In this document: in pieces, positions 19,332 through 20,000 of the stretch
How the letters are laid out: every line of letters starts with the position of its first letter
Position numbering within the stretch: the first letter of the stretch is position 1
NCBI GenBank assembly: GCA_012862495.1
Contig: BLSG01000090.1
Location: forward strand, 181,888-201,887
Origin: Thraustochytrium aureum
Taxonomy: Eukaryota
DNA length: 20,000 nt
Direction of reading: 5' to 3'
Notes under the pieces: generated by a model
Told to the model about the DNA's origin: nothing
The model's input: only the letters and a program-made list of their open reading frames with translations
The model's database searches: none
Made by a program: the position numbers and the translations under genes

Positions 19332-19929
19332 AGCTAGCTAGCCCTAGGGAGAGGGAGAGAGAACGGTTGGAGGCAGGCAGGCCGCCGGCGGCAGGCAAGC
19401 CCAGCCCGTCGCCGGTTTGACGGCGGCCCGGACGAACGAGTGACCGGCCGACCGACCACCTTGGCTGCTTCCTTCCCAGACTGCCAAGACGGCTCATGCC
19501 ATGCCGACCTCGCGACGCCGCGGACCTCGCGACGCCGCGCTTCGCTCGCGCGCGACAGCCCTGCAGCGATTACGGTCCACATCGACGTCGCGCATTTCGC
19601 GCATTCATTCTCACCGACCCACATTCGCACATTCCCGCCAACCCAAATGCACAGTGCGCGCTCCAATCGGAGCATCTTGGGCCCATCGGCACCACCCTTT
19701 CTCCCCCCCTTTCTGATGCGGCATAACACCCGGCCGTCCTCGGGCAAACAGTTGCTCGCTTGAGCTGCAACCGAGTTGGAGGCCAATTCAAGGCTTTTTA
19801 CCTTTTCTTCAAGTTCGCTCTGCCTTCAAGTTATCGTACTCTCCTCTTGCCTCCCACCGCCTGCGCTACGCAAGAGCGGAAGGCGGCAGTGACTCTGGAG
19901 GCAAGCGTGCACTGGGCCCCTGCAGGGGT

Positions 19930-19957
19930 CCTGACTCCTGACGCCTGACGCCTGACA
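19930..19957. repeat. Four tandem copies of the 7-mer CCTGACN
   Basis: CCTGACT CCTGACG CCTGACG CCTGACA read directly. Confidence 0.85.
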
Positions 19958-20000
19958 GGTGGACAAAAACGAAGGAGAAAATGAAGGAAATTGAAGAAAA

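Noticed and set aside
19930..19957. CCTGACN tandem as a CRISPR or telomeric repeat
   Set aside because: Only four 7-mers with no spacers, no cas genes and no telomere-like unit. At most it is a minisatellite or branch-point-like CTGAC before an AG.
1..20000. A functional gene cluster, operon or defence system spanning the window
   Set aside because: The genes alternate strands and have unrelated functions (lipid metabolism, signalling, centriole, ER), with no sign of co-regulation or mobile-element context.

Overview
GC-rich, gene-dense, intron-poor eukaryotic DNA from a draft assembly with four N-gaps. It is not prokaryotic: it has a spliceosomal-type GT-AG intron, an RDEL ER-retention signal, and RGS, AP2, kelch/TPR and STIL-type proteins. 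Gene content and the (GGCA)n/(GCCT)n intergenic microsatellites suggest a stramenopile protist, possibly a labyrinthulomycete/thraustochytrid (inference only). Eight protein-coding genes are supported: a kelch protein with an inserted TPR domain (+), an ECHDC1-like ethylmalonyl-CoA decarboxylase (-), an AP2-domain protein (+, 5' end in a gap), a 7TM-RGS protein (-, two exons), a family I.5/I.6-type Zn-site lipase (+), an ER-lumenal RDEL protein of unknown function (+), a STIL/SAS-5/Ana2-like centriole protein spread over four reading frames (-), and a DUF2306-like membrane protein (+). The most notable items are the apparently full STIL architecture (STIL_N, coiled coil, STAN-like motif) outside animals, its three same-direction frame breaks, the 7TM-RGS fusion, and the TPR clamp inserted inside a kelch blade. 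No RNA genes, CRISPR arrays or mobile elements were recognisable. All family assignments come from motif recognition, not database searches.
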